Shown here: positions 10,289-23,109 of the stretch, in pieces
Layout of the letters: each line of letters opens with the position of its first letter
How positions within the stretch are numbered: position 1 is the first letter of the stretch
Assembly (NCBI GenBank): GCA_963848965.1
Contig: CAWKFG010000004.1
Location: 224,001 to 288,000 of the forward strand
DNA from: an uncultured bacterium
Lineage (GTDB): Bacteria > Babelota > Babeliae > Babelales > Babelaceae
DNA: 64,000 nucleotides
Direction: 5' to 3'
Translations under genes and position numbers: made by a program
Notes under the pieces: model-generated
Database searches by the model: none
What the model was told of the DNA's origin: nothing
What the model saw: only the letters and a program-made list of their open reading frames with translations

Positions 10289-12565
10289 ATGAAAAAATTA
10301 TTAATTGTTGAGTCGCCCGCAAAAATTAAAACTATCTCTAAGTTTTTAGGCAAAGACTTTAAGATAATGTCCACGTTAGGACATATTAAAGATTTGCCTC
10401 AGCGTGAATTTGGTGTGAGTTTTAAGCCTACTATTGATCTTCATTATGTAGTGCTTGAAGGAAAAGAGAAAACGCTTGAAGATATTCGAAAAGAAGCACA
10501 AAAAGCTGATGCAATCTACTTGGCACCTGATCCAGACCGTGAAGGTGAAATCATTGCATGGCATGTAGAACAAGAAATTGCAAAGCTTGTTAAAGATAAG
10601 AATCATATTCACCGTATTACATTTAACGAAATTACAAAGCCAGCAATAGAAGAAGCGCTTGCTAACCCTACTGACGTTGATCTTAACAAGGTGGCAGCAC
10701 AACAAGCACGTCGTATTCTCGATAGGCTCGTAGGATATGAAGTATCTCCTATACTATGGAAAAAAGTTGCTAAAGGTCTTTCTGCAGGCCGCGTACAATC
10801 AGTGGCACTGAAACTTATTTGCGATCGTGAAGACGAGATCAAAACTTTTAAGCAAGAAGAGTATTGGACCATAGACGGTCTCTTTGCTTCTAAAAGCGGT
10901 ACTTTTACAGCTACTTTAGCAACAATCAATAAAAAGAAACCGACTATTACAAACGAAAAGGAAGCTCATAAAATAAGCGAAGAGATTCGCAAAGCACGCT
11001 TTGTAGTTGAATCGATTAAAGATTCTAAGCGGCTTAGAAATCCAGCGCCACCCTTTATGACAAGTACTTTACAACAGAGTGCTTATAATCAGCTTGGTTT
11101 TTCTGTACAACGTACTATGCAGGTAGCACAAAACCTCTATGAAGGGATCCCTCTTGATGATGCATCAACGCCTGTAGCGCTTATTACTTATATGCGTACT
11201 GATTCATTACGTATTTCTGATATTGCACTCAAGCAAGCACGAACCTTTATCCCTAAAGTATATGGTAAAGAGTATTTACCAGAGAAAGCACAAATTTATG
11301 CTAAAGGTAAAAAAGGACAAGATGCGCATGAAGCTATAAGGCCCATTGATGTAACTCTTACTCCTGAAAAAGTAAGCAAATATTTACCTTCAGATACAGC
11401 AAAACTGTATGAACTTATTTGGTGCAGATTTGTAGCAAGTCAGGTTAAACCTGCACAGTATGCACAGCGCCAGGTAACTATTGTTGGAGAGCCTGCTGGT
11501 AAAGGGCAATTTGTCTTTAAAGTTACCGGTTCTACTCTTATTTTTGATGGATTCTTAAAAGTATATAATCCAGATGAAGCTGATAAAGAAGAAGATACTA
11601 CAAAAGTAGTTATTCCTAAAGATTTAGAAAAAGATGAACTTTTAGACCTTGAGAAAGTTTCTCCAAAGCAGCATTTTACACAACCGCCACCACGATATAC
11701 TGAAGCTTCGCTTGTCAAAGAGCTTGAGCGTGAAGGAATTGGACGACCAAGTACTTATGCAACTATTTTAAAAACAATTCAAGCACGTTCATATACAACC
11801 TTAGATACTAAAAAACGGTTTGTTCCAACAGAGTTAGGCGCTGTTGTTACTAAGATGCTTACTGAAAATCTTCCTAAAATTATGGATGTCAGTTTTACTG
11901 CACGTATGGAAGAGGATCTTGATAAAATTGCGCAAGGTAACTTACAACGAGATACCCTTATTAATGATTTCTACGGAGACTTTGAAAAAGATTTAGAAGT
12001 ATTTAGAGGTGAAGCCAAAAAAGTTGTAGAACAGACTGATATTACCTGTCCACGTTGCCATGAAGGAAAACTCTTAATTCGCTTTGGAAAAGCAGGACCA
12101 TTTGCAGGATGTAGTAACTTTCCTAAATGTACCTTCACCAGCAACTTTGAGCGTCTTGACGATGGCTCTATTAAACTTATTACTCCTGAAGAGCCTAAGT
12201 TGCTTACTACTAAGTGTCCTGTATGCCAAAAACCATTGCGACAAATGCAGGGTAGATTTGGTCCTTTTGTTGCTTGCTCAGGATACCCTGGTTGCAAATA
12301 TATTCAGCCGGTAAAAGCAGACTTTAAATGTACGCAGTGTGGTAAAGGTGATCTTGTACAAAAAATTTGGCGTGGTAGCAAGTTCTGGGGCTGTAGTACC
12401 TACCCTGAATGTAACTTTTCTATCTCAGGTGAGATTGAAGGGACACCATGCGAGAAATGTAAAGCTCCCTATATGCTCAGACGTGTTGATAAAGAAGGTA
12501 ACATTACCTTTGTGTGTGGCAATAAAACATGCGGTTTTAAGAAAGCAGCACCCACAGAGCATTAA
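10289..12565 (+). CDS. topA: DNA topoisomerase I with C-terminal zinc ribbons
   Basis: IVESPAK, DPDREGE, SAGRVQS, ITYMRTD; repeated C4 zinc ribbons. Confidence 0.97.
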   Translation: MKKLLIVESPAKIKTISKFLGKDFKIMSTLGHIKDLPQREFGVSFKPTIDLHYVVLEGKEKTLEDIRKEAQKADAIYLAPDPDREGEIIAWHVEQEIAKLVKDKNHIHRITFNEITKPAIEEALANPTDVDLNKVAAQQARRILDRLVGYEVSPILWKKVAKGLSAGRVQSVALKLICDREDEIKTFKQEEYWTIDGLFASKSGTFTATLATINKKKPTITNEKEAHKISEEIRKARFVVESIKDSKRLRNPAPPFMTSTLQQSAYNQLGFSVQRTMQVAQNLYEGIPLDDASTPVALITYMRTDSLRISDIALKQARTFIPKVYGKEYLPEKAQIYAKGKKGQDAHEAIRPIDVTLTPEKVSKYLPSDTAKLYELIWCRFVASQVKPAQYAQRQVTIVGEPAGKGQFVFKVTGSTLIFDGFLKVYNPDEADKEEDTTKVVIPKDLEKDELLDLEKVSPKQHFTQPPPRYTEASLVKELEREGIGRPSTYATILKTIQARSYTTLDTKKRFVPTELGAVVTKMLTENLPKIMDVSFTARMEEDLDKIAQGNLQRDTLINDFYGDFEKDLEVFRGEAKKVVEQTDITCPRCHEGKLLIRFGKAGPFAGCSNFPKCTFTSNFERLDDGSIKLITPEEPKLLTTKCPVCQKPLRQMQGRFGPFVACSGYPGCKYIQPVKADFKCTQCGKGDLVQKIWRGSKFWGCSTYPECNFSISGEIEGTPCEKCKAPYMLRRVDKEGNITFVCGNKTCGFKKAAPTEH

Positions 12566-13153
12566 TTATCTAGCATTCGAAACTATATCTACAGGTTCTT
12601 TAAGCTCTTTATGAAAAAATTTGTAGCTAAAACCGAAAATAGATGCTGAGACTACAACTGTTATTATATCTTTTACTGGCCCTTGAGGTTTAAATGGTGG
12701 TGCATATGCTGCACCTCCTGCACTTTGAATTTCTTTTATTCTTAGAGCTCCATGCTCACTTAAGCGCCTAAGCTTCGCAATCTCTACCAGTTTTTTTGCC
12801 TCTTTTAATGGAATTTCCTGCCAAAACATAGTCCCTGCGATTGCTATCTTTTCTTCATCAAGAAAATCTTCTATAACTAATGCTTGGCGCGGCTTTATAG
12901 CAAAAATATAGGTTGCATCTACATACATACCTTTAAGTATTGGAGCAAGCTGTTTTATAGGATGAGGAAATACTAGTATTTCAGGAGTGTTCTCAGAAAC
13001 TATCTCGTTTTTATAAACTCTTACATCATTATAGGTAACGAGCTTTACCACAATATCTTTACTATAGTTGTTAACAAGTTTTAAATCGTAGACACAGAGC
13101 GCTGTAACACTATAACTAATACCTGCTAGTAAGCATACTACTGTTTTTAACAT
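12566..13153 (-). CDS. Hypothetical secreted protein
   Basis: 195-aa ORF with a signal-like N-terminus. Confidence 0.6.
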   Translation of the reverse strand: MLKTVVCLLAGISYSVTALCVYDLKLVNNYSKDIVVKLVTYNDVRVYKNEIVSENTPEILVFPHPIKQLAPILKGMYVDATYIFAIKPRQALVIEDFLDEEKIAIAGTMFWQEIPLKEAKKLVEIAKLRRLSEHGALRIKEIQSAGGAAYAPPFKPQGPVKDIITVVVSASIFGFSYKFFHKELKEPVDIVSNAR

Positions 13154-13377
13154 AAAAACCTTTATAAGTAACTGTTTACTTTCAGAGTATCATTTTTCCT
13201 AGAGTTTTCAATTTTTGCTTCACCTAAAACACCGTTCTAAAATATCTTTTACCGTACTGTTTTCTTCTCTATAACGTAGCTTAAGCGAATTAATAATACG
13301 ACTATTCTTTACCAGTTGCTCCTCACAAAAACTTCCCTATACTTAACTTAGGAAATCTTGTAACAGAAAGGATTAAT

Positions 13378-14001
13378 ATGCAAAAAATAGCACTTATCTT
13401 AGGAATGTTTAGCTTTTTTTCACTCATTGCAGATACTTCATCACTCTCTCCTCACATGGATCTTATATATGCAGTAAGACAATTAGATTATAGTAAAGTC
13501 TCGCAGCTCTTAGAAAAAGAAAAAGCGCTTCCTGCAGAACTTCAAAACGGACTTATTCGTGAAATTGATACTCTTATAGAAAAGGAAAAAAAGTCACATT
13601 GGAGTAAAGGATTTGCTAATCTCATAGTCGGTATTCCTCTTTCTATTATCTCTTTACGATTTCTCAACAAAGCATACGAGCACAATGTTGATAGAGAAGA
13701 TTCTCTAAAAGAGCTTGCACGCAGATTTATCAAAGTACAGCCTACAAAAGTCGCAGTTGCTCGTGAAGGCACAGGAGTATATGTTACTAATCTGCCATTA
13801 GTTGCTGTTGCTGGATTTTTGAGTGCAGTTGGCGCTCAAGCGGTACTTAAGGGTATAACATCTTTTTTCTCTGGTGAAAGCAAAAATTACTTTAAAGCGT
13901 TAGCTATGAAAAGTCTTATAGAAAACAAAGTCGTTTTTAGCAAGAAAAAGCTGTCTGTACAGTGGGATCCAAGTATCTTTGAAACTGATATACAATCATA
14001 A
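13378..14001 (+). CDS. Secreted/membrane protein, distant paralog of the 37.3-39.6 kb family
   Basis: GAAAGGA RBS, signal peptide, LIYAVRQLDYSKVSQLLEKE..., two hydrophobic segments, C-terminal FKALAMKSLI. Confidence 0.7.
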   Translation: MQKIALILGMFSFFSLIADTSSLSPHMDLIYAVRQLDYSKVSQLLEKEKALPAELQNGLIREIDTLIEKEKKSHWSKGFANLIVGIPLSIISLRFLNKAYEHNVDREDSLKELARRFIKVQPTKVAVAREGTGVYVTNLPLVAVAGFLSAVGAQAVLKGITSFFSGESKNYFKALAMKSLIENKVVFSKKKLSVQWDPSIFETDIQS

Positions 14002-14012
14002 ATAAGCTTACG

Positions 14013-14038
14013 AAAAGAGGACCTTAAGGTCCTCTTTT
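14013..14038. terminator. Bidirectional terminator (perfect 26-bp palindrome)
   Basis: AAAAGAGGACCTTAAGGTCCTCTTTT between convergent genes. Confidence 0.8.
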
Positions 14039-15357
14039 TACATAATAGTTGGCAAGGTAAATTTAAAGGGAGCTTTTTTTGGATACAGTATAGAAACTAT
14101 CTCACGAATACTTAATCTATCAACAATAGAATAGAGATCCCATATTGATATAACACCATTATTAGCAGTGCTCAACATATACCGTCCATCTGGGCTAAAG
14201 CATAACGAAGAAATACCATCGTAATGAACATTATAATCTTTAAGTTCAATCAAATCATTCTTTATCTTCCTTGCTATAAACACAGTATTGTGTAAAGAAC
14301 TTGCCGCTATATAGTTATTTTGTGGATGAAGTGCAATACAGGAAACAGGTGGCCAAATTATACCGTAACCGCAATAAGATACAGCTCCATACTCATTATC
14401 TTTGGTAGCATAGACCTTTATCGCCCCGTTTTTATAACCTACTATAGCTTCTCTACCTCCCGGGGTAAAGTTCACAGCAGTGATAGCTCTTTGACTGCTC
14501 TTTGCAAGCAAATGAGTAGCTACAAAATTCCCTCTCCAATTTATAAGTACTCCTGCATACTGATGGTAAAGTTCGTTACGGCCACTATCATATCCTACAA
14601 GCAGTTGTTTACTTTGAGTGTGAAATACTGCGCAAGTGAGGTAAATATTCCTATGTTGCGGAAAAAATCCTAGCAAATTACTTGTATTTGTACATTGCCA
14701 GGTAGTGGGTGACCATGTGCGCATAGTAAAATCTTTAGAAAAAGAAAAAAATCGAGTAATTCCTGATGAGTTATATTCAAATGCCACAGCTATAACAGAT
14801 TGTGTATGTCCTCGTAAAACTGCAAGACATTTATTTTCGCTTATATCCCACACAGCAATAGTTGCGTCCTTAGAACCTGTAAGAGCATATTTACCATCTC
14901 TGCTAATAGTCAAACAGGTAATTGGTCCTTTGTGTGCTTGCAATGTTTGCGCTTGCATAGTACTTTTGTTAAGGACATATACATTACCATCCTCCGCTCC
15001 TAAAACAATAAAATGTCCATTGGGCGTAAATGACGAACAAGTAAAGGTAGTTACATAAGTAAGGCCCGGTAGAGTAACTTGCGCTAAAGTTGGCATATGT
15101 GATGAGCCTTTAAAAAGAGCGTGATAATAGTTCTTAAAAAAATAGTTACGAAGGTTGTTTTGCACACCTGCATCCAAAGCCTCTAAACTTTTTAACAACA
15201 ATTCTTGTTTCTTAAACGATGCTTGTTTCAATAATGTATCAATGGTAGAGCATGACGACTGTACTAAAGACTTTACATGCGACTGTGGGTCCATTGCTTT
15301 AAGACCAAAGAGAGGCATGAACACTAATAGGGTTATAAAAATATTTTTAAACATCAT
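14038..15357 (-). CDS. Secreted WD40-repeat protein
   Basis: AHKGPITCL..GSKDATIAVWD, GHTQSVIAV, FSPDGRYM..IWD; signal peptide. Confidence 0.9.
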   Translation of the reverse strand: MMFKNIFITLLVFMPLFGLKAMDPQSHVKSLVQSSCSTIDTLLKQASFKKQELLLKSLEALDAGVQNNLRNYFFKNYYHALFKGSSHMPTLAQVTLPGLTYVTTFTCSSFTPNGHFIVLGAEDGNVYVLNKSTMQAQTLQAHKGPITCLTISRDGKYALTGSKDATIAVWDISENKCLAVLRGHTQSVIAVAFEYNSSGITRFFSFSKDFTMRTWSPTTWQCTNTSNLLGFFPQHRNIYLTCAVFHTQSKQLLVGYDSGRNELYHQYAGVLINWRGNFVATHLLAKSSQRAITAVNFTPGGREAIVGYKNGAIKVYATKDNEYGAVSYCGYGIIWPPVSCIALHPQNNYIAASSLHNTVFIARKIKNDLIELKDYNVHYDGISSLCFSPDGRYMLSTANNGVISIWDLYSIVDRLSIREIVSILYPKKAPFKFTLPTIM

Positions 15358-15484
15358 AGCACTATAATCCTTGAATAATTTTTTATGATAATTATTATAA
15401 TATCTATTATAAAATAAATTATAATTTATGCAAGAAACAATATGCTTATTTGATGATATAGCCAGTAGTTCACGAAAACAACCT

Positions 15485-16657
15485 TTATAGTGGCACTGTA
15501 GAAAGCGATTTCCAGCTTATTACACGACCCTGCGACCATTTCTGATCTTCATCACCTGCATATATAACCATACTATTTTCAGGATCTGCTTGGGCCAACT
15601 CATTCCAAAACCTAAGGCCATCAAAAAAGGATGGTGAAATTGTCTTTGCTGCTTTAATCTCTATAGGTATAAGCGTTTGTCCTTTATCAATAATACAATC
15701 TATCTCATGCCCTGTATGATCTCTCCAAAAATATAAGCCAGGATCTTTTCCTTGGTTATAGTATCTTTTGGCTAAGTCTGAAATAATAAGAGATTCAAAA
15801 AGGTTTCCCTTAAATGGATGCATAGGAAGTATTTCTGGAGTTATTTTAAGAAGAGAGCATACGAGTCCTGTATCATAAAAAAATAATTTAGGGCTTTTAG
15901 TAACCCGTTTACTAAAACTTCTATAGTGCGGCCTTAACAGAAATACAATATAGCTTGCCTCTAATAAAGAGAGCCATTGCCGAGCAGTATTATCACTAAT
16001 ACCACAATCATTAGCAAGAGATGTTAGATTTAGTAGCTGCCCAATACGTCCAGCACATAATTGGATAAAGGTTTGAAACAAATCAAGATTCTCTACTTGC
16101 CTTAGTTGCCGAACATCTCTTTCAAGGTATGTATGAATATACCCTCTATACCAACGATCAGCAGGTACTTCAGTTGTATAAAGAGGAGGATATGAGCCTT
16201 TATACATAAACTCTTCTATAGCTTGAGGAAGGAGCTGTGCTGCAGAAAGTTCTTCTATAGAAAGTGGTAAAAGTGTATGAATAGAAATTCTTCCAGCTAA
16301 TGACTGTGTAATAGCTTGATTCATAAGAAAATTCTGTGAACCAGTTAAGATAAACTGTCCTGGTCTCTTTTTCTCATCAACATAGGCTTGAATATACGAA
16401 AGGAGCTCTGGCACATGCTGAAATTCATCAATGATAAGGCCATGATCATTAAGATACTCTGCCAAAAAACCTCGTGGATCTACTGAAGCAAAGGTACGTA
16501 AATCTATGTTTTCTAAATTCACATACCGATAAGTACCAAAAATTTCACGTGCTAAAGTGGTCTTGCCTGCTTGTCTTGGGCCTAGTATAGCAACAACTGG
16601 GAAAAATTTTGCCATTTTAAGGATATCAGCAGTCATAGCACGACGTATAATCATCAA
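15485..16657 (-). CDS. AAA_14 ATPase with DUF4143 (PD-(D/E)xK-like) C-terminus
   Basis: GPRQAGKT, IIDEFQ, LTGSQN, KSPKLFFYDTGL, EIDC...IEIK. Confidence 0.88.
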   Translation of the reverse strand: MMIIRRAMTADILKMAKFFPVVAILGPRQAGKTTLAREIFGTYRYVNLENIDLRTFASVDPRGFLAEYLNDHGLIIDEFQHVPELLSYIQAYVDEKKRPGQFILTGSQNFLMNQAITQSLAGRISIHTLLPLSIEELSAAQLLPQAIEEFMYKGSYPPLYTTEVPADRWYRGYIHTYLERDVRQLRQVENLDLFQTFIQLCAGRIGQLLNLTSLANDCGISDNTARQWLSLLEASYIVFLLRPHYRSFSKRVTKSPKLFFYDTGLVCSLLKITPEILPMHPFKGNLFESLIISDLAKRYYNQGKDPGLYFWRDHTGHEIDCIIDKGQTLIPIEIKAAKTISPSFFDGLRFWNELAQADPENSMVIYAGDEDQKWSQGRVISWKSLSTVPL

Positions 16658-18300
16658 TTTCTCCTATCTTTGAAAATTCGAATTTCAAATTCGGATTTTC
16701 ATTTTTCTTAGAATAGCATGATTTAAACAATAAAATCAATTGCTTAAGGCTTAATAAAGTAATCTGTTTAGCTTTATGACCTCTATATTTCCAATAAAAA
16801 TAGTTTGTAAAGAGCAAAGAAGGATCATATCTTCTTTTTAACGTAAAGAATTGGTCTATCGTAGGATAACCAGCTCTCAGCTGCTCTTTTGTAAAATACA
16901 GCTGATACGGCAAAAAGAAGGTTCCTCCGAGCTTTAAAGCAAGATTTATGAGTTCTTGTGTTACAACTTTCATGTTTTCAAGAGCAGGAACTGAAACTCT
17001 TTGATTAAGATAGAGCACAATAGCAAACATATCTTGAGGAGCATAATTTAGTAGAATAAAAGATTGAGGTACAATACGGATTGATACGTTAAGCACGAGT
17101 ACTTTTCTCTTTTTAAGAACCTGTTTCATGCCATCAATAAACTCTATAAACCGAGTATGCGGCACAAAATACTCCTGTAAAATATCCGTTTCTTGAGAAA
17201 GAATATTTTCAAGGTATTCAACTGAATCATGCATAATTTGATTACGCGACATAAAAGTTTCGCTTTTTAAAGGCAGAGAAATATAAGGATCAATATACTT
17301 TTCTGCAAACCACTTAAATATGCGTGCATACATACGCCTTTTTAGACAGATTAACTAAAAATCTTCGTGTATTTACAAAGCTTACACGCCTTAAAGGTTC
17401 AAAAGGTCCTGTATAATCTTTTACTGGCTTATAACCATAGACAAGAGCCTCTTGAAGAAATGATAGCGGTGAAGTAGATAAATGAGCATACAGAAGACCA
17501 TACGTTTTATCTCGTACAGCTTTCTCAAAGAATTCTGGAAGCTCTTTATAATTCATAATCTTAAGTATACTTTGATACATAACGTTGTCGGTCACTTTTA
17601 AGGTTACTTCAAGCACTACTCCAAAGAGGCCATAACCACCAATAACCGTATTAAAAAGCTCATCTTCTTGCTCAATTTTCTTAATAGAACCATCTGCAAG
17701 CATGATAGTAAACGATTGAACGGTTGAAACTAACGTTTCATAAGGATCCATTCCGTGAGCATTAACAGAAAGGGATCCTCCTACGGTAAAAATGTCTGTC
17801 GACTGCATAGCCTTAACCGCTAATTTTTTAGGATGAAGAAAGAGTTGTATATCATGCCAGGTAACACCACTTTGTACGGTAAGAAGCTTATTTTTCTCAT
17901 CAAGAGATAGAATTTTATTAAAAGAAGTCATATCAAGTACAAGAGCATTCTTAAAAAACGCCTGCCCACCCATACTATGCCGCTTTCCTGCTATCGAGAT
18001 AGAGAGCTTTTTATCTCGAGCAAGTAGTAATGCATTACGTATTTCATCAACCGTTGATACAGTAGCAATATCGTAAACAGGTGTTTCATTCAGACAACTT
18101 GCATCGTTAATGGTTTTATGAGAAGTGCTCTTATCACTATTTAACCTAATAGGGCAGTAATCTGGAGAAAGCGGTGTAGCAGCATAATAAACAATTACTG
18201 TACCTACATATATAACACCCAATGTTATACAGAGCAATAATAACTTTTTAAATGTAGTCATATACCTTTTGCTTAAAAGCCTGATAATACCTCGAAGCAA
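16626..18300 (-). pseudogene. FAD-binding (PCMH-type) oxidoreductase split by a frameshift near 17335
   Basis: The N-part 17314-18300 (GKRHSMGGQ, TVGGSLSVNAHG, IGGYGLFG) continues in another frame as 16626-17333 (LQEYFVP, GGTFFLPYQ, YDPSLLFTN). Confidence 0.75.
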
Positions 18301-18337
18301 TTATACATAATCTTACATATAAAAAAGAAGTCTTAGA

Positions 18338-18697
18338 TTATAAATGAGTTTTTTGATTAATCATTAAAAGCAAGATAGTAAGAAGTTCCTTAGGCAAAAC
18401 TTTAAGGTAGCTATCTTCTTGAATAGGTCCAAAATAAGGCACTGCACCTATGCTTAATAGAGATGTAGTAGGATTTACATTTGTGCTTTCTACTGCCATT
18501 TTAAGAAATTCATCTTTAAGATCTTGTGGAAGTATCCGGACTTGCTCTTTAAGCTCAGACCAGTTTTTCTTTATATAGCATATTACAAGCTCTTTTAAAG
18601 AAGTTATACGAGGCTTATGCAGATACGCAGGACCCGCCATCATAATAGGAACAAAAAATAAGCTTATTGCAAGCATTTTAAATATTTTATTGAACAT
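18338..18697 (-). CDS. Small secreted protein with SOCS/BC-box-like and F-box-like motifs
   Basis: AAGGA RBS before the ATG at 18697; signal peptide; TSLKELVICYIKKN..LPQDL; C-terminal LPKELLTIL. Confidence 0.6.
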   Translation of the reverse strand: MFNKIFKMLAISLFFVPIMMAGPAYLHKPRITSLKELVICYIKKNWSELKEQVRILPQDLKDEFLKMAVESTNVNPTTSLLSIGAVPYFGPIQEDSYLKVLPKELLTILLLMINQKTHL

Positions 18698-18710
18698 TAA
18701 CATCCTTACG

Positions 18711-18869
18711 TTATTTAGAAGGTAATTCATCTTTAAGCTCTTGAGGAAGTACTTGGTATGCTTGTTCTTTAAACTGAGACCAATTCTGCCTGACATAGCA
18801 CAGTCCGTTAGCAACAACGATTGAAGAAGAAAGAAGAGCCATTATATATGGTATAACTTTATATGACAT
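18711..18869 (-). CDS. 52-aa ORF paralogous to the downstream gene (not in the ORF track)
   Basis: MSYKVIPYIMALLSSSIVVANGLCYVRQNWSQFKEQAYQVLPQELKDELPSK*. Confidence 0.55.
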   Translation of the reverse strand: MSYKVIPYIMALLSSSIVVANGLCYVRQNWSQFKEQAYQVLPQELKDELPSK

Positions 18870-18997
18870 ATAAAATCTTCCTAATTTTATAACATTATTA
18901 TTTATTTACAATAGATAATTTTTATATTATCTTAAGATCTTAGTTCTGTCAATCAAAATGCTTTATATGATTACCCAAAGGCCTTCCTGAAGCATCT

Positions 18998-20921
<1,924 letters not shown>

Positions 20922-21123
20922 ACAATAACGTAACCTACAATAAAAATGACAAACGATTTTTCAAGAATATGCATATATACAGCATAACTCAAAACTATAA
21001 TAAATACAAACAGAATGCTCAAACAAGCTCCCTTTATCTTCAGTAAACAAATTCTCCAGAAAGCTTTATACTTAATGGTATACTCAAGCTAGAAACACAC
21101 AAACATTACCACGAGTTATAAGC

Positions 21124-22008
21124 ATGCTACTAGTTGTTGTTCTTTATGCGCTTCTTGCGCTTACCTTTCCTCTTAGCCAGTTTGCTCTTTACTATAGTAA
21201 ACCAGTATTTTTGATTGCATTTCGCATGCTTTTGGCAGGAGTGCTCTTACTCGGCTACTATCGTATCGTACGAGGAAAGATCTCTGTAGATAAAAAGGAT
21301 TGGTGGCTATTTCTTAAAACCGCTTTCCTTTACATTTACCTTGCGTTTATACCTGAGTTTTGGGCACTACAATATGTGTCTTCTTTAAAGACTACTATTA
21401 TGTTTTCCTTAACCCCTTTTATAACGGCTTTTTTTGAATATTTTCTCTTTCATTACCGCTTTAGTAAAGAAAAAATTGCCGGTATGATTGTAGGAACGTT
21501 AGGCTTTGTTCCTCTCTTATTGCTTCCCAATACCCAATGCTTACCCTTTGGTACGTGTCGCGTACAATTTTTACCTGAAATAATGCTCATGATAGCCATT
21601 ACCTCTGGCGCATATGCATGGTTCTTGGTAAAAGAGCTTAATAAAAAAGGATACTCGCTCATTCTTATTAATGGTATAACTATGCTTCTTGGAGGTTTTA
21701 TGAGTCTTATAACACATCTGGTGACTTCACCCCTTGCAGAGCTTCCTATTTCTGATTTTCCTCGTTTTCTTGTCTATACACTTGCTCTTATTGGTATTTC
21801 AAACGTTATTGTTTATAATCTTTATGGCACTCTGCTCAAAAAATATAGTGCTACATTCCTTTCATTTGCAGGCTTCCTTTCTCCAATTTTTGGTACTGTG
21901 TATGCCTGGCTTTTTTTTAAAGAACATATTTCATGGCACTATTTTGTCTCATTTATCTTTGTCTCGTTAGGGCTATGGATGTTCTATCATGGAGAGAAAA
22001 AGAACTAG
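21124..22008 (+). CDS. DMT/EamA family transporter
   Basis: About 10 TM helices in two repeats; AFRMLLAG, LSPIFG..FFKE. Confidence 0.85.
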   Translation: MLLVVVLYALLALTFPLSQFALYYSKPVFLIAFRMLLAGVLLLGYYRIVRGKISVDKKDWWLFLKTAFLYIYLAFIPEFWALQYVSSLKTTIMFSLTPFITAFFEYFLFHYRFSKEKIAGMIVGTLGFVPLLLLPNTQCLPFGTCRVQFLPEIMLMIAITSGAYAWFLVKELNKKGYSLILINGITMLLGGFMSLITHLVTSPLAELPISDFPRFLVYTLALIGISNVIVYNLYGTLLKKYSATFLSFAGFLSPIFGTVYAWLFFKEHISWHYFVSFIFVSLGLWMFYHGEKKN

Positions 22009-22011
22009 TGC

Positions 22012-23109
22012 CTACGACTTTACAGCAACCCAGAGATCATAAAAGTCTTGCTCACTCAAGTCACCTTCAAGAGACCCTAATTTTAAGAAGCTAAAGCGCG
22101 CGAATTGGTCACGTGACATAGAGAGCAATGATTGAATGGTAGGAGGTGCCTTAATAAGAGATAAAGCCTCAAGTGTAGGCGGGAAGAAGCCAAGAACTTT
22201 AAAATTATGGACTAGCATATGTGGCGTATACATAAACTTCATAAACTCATAGACGAGCTCATCTTTATCAGTACTTGTAGGAAGAGCAAAGCTTTCAATA
22301 GTGACAAGACTTCCTTCCTTGGGCACTAAAAAATCTATAAATGGATAATTAGGTATAATACGTGCACCATCTGCGCTTGATATGACAGCAATCGTCACAT
22401 TTTTAGACTGTAAATAATAACTTGCTCTCAAATCTGCATATGCTTCTACAAAAGGTTTCTGCCTTACGAGTACTGCATAAATAGCTGGCAACATATCTTT
22501 TGTTACTATATTGAAGTGACCATAAAGATAAAATGCCGTAATAGGTATTGCCAATAAAGGATCATTTGGCATGACAACTTTTGAAGGCATTTTTATAGAA
22601 TCAAATAATAACCTCCAGCTAGGTTCTACCTGCTTATCTTTAAAAGACTCTTTATTAAATCCAATTCCGTATATTGACCATTCATAAGGAATTGAATACT
22701 CATTTGCTGGATCAAAATAGTGACCAAGTAAAATAGGATTAAGTTGTGCAACAAAAGGTAGTTTAGTTTTATCAAGCTTTTTAAGAAGATTTTCTCGCTT
22801 TAAAATATTTACTGCATAATCAGAAGGAAATATAAGATCATAACCACGTCCTTTTGTAGCACGCAGTTTTACCAAAAGTTCTTCATTACTTTCATAAAAA
22901 CTTACGTTAACACGAATACCTGTTTGTTTCTCAAAGCGTGCAATATGCTTTAAATCAAACATTCCTGACCATGCAAAAACATTTATACTACGTACTGTAG
23001 ATCTAGCTGGCAACAAATAAGCTAGGTATAAAAATATACCAATAAGTATAAGCCAAAAAGCTACTATCGCAGTACGAATAAAAAGTTTTTTAAGAGTAAC
23101 CATAATCAA
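22012..23109 (-). CDS. potD: Spermidine/putrescine ABC transporter substrate-binding protein
   Basis: FEKQTGI, ESNEELL, GYDLIFPSDY, DPANEYSIPYEW, PKEG. Confidence 0.88.
   Translation of the reverse strand: MIMVTLKKLFIRTAIVAFWLILIGIFLYLAYLLPARSTVRSINVFAWSGMFDLKHIARFEKQTGIRVNVSFYESNEELLVKLRATKGRGYDLIFPSDYAVNILKRENLLKKLDKTKLPFVAQLNPILLGHYFDPANEYSIPYEWSIYGIGFNKESFKDKQVEPSWRLLFDSIKMPSKVVMPNDPLLAIPITAFYLYGHFNIVTKDMLPAIYAVLVRQKPFVEAYADLRASYYLQSKNVTIAVISSADGARIIPNYPFIDFLVPKEGSLVTIESFALPTSTDKDELVYEFMKFMYTPHMLVHNFKVLGFFPPTLEALSLIKAPPTIQSLLSMSRDQFARFSFLKLGSLEGDLSEQDFYDLWVAVKS

Noticed and set aside
15485..16657. AAA_14-DUF4143 gene as a novel defence system
   Set aside because: Widespread stand-alone family with no partner genes here
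16626..16780. C-terminal extension of the FAD oxidoreductase overlapping the next gene
   Set aside because: Likely read-through of intergenic sequence after a lost stop or indel, not a real domain
18698..18817. N-terminal extension of ORF 18338-18817
   Set aside because: It is an off-frame reading of the 52-aa ORF; the RBS supports the start at 18697
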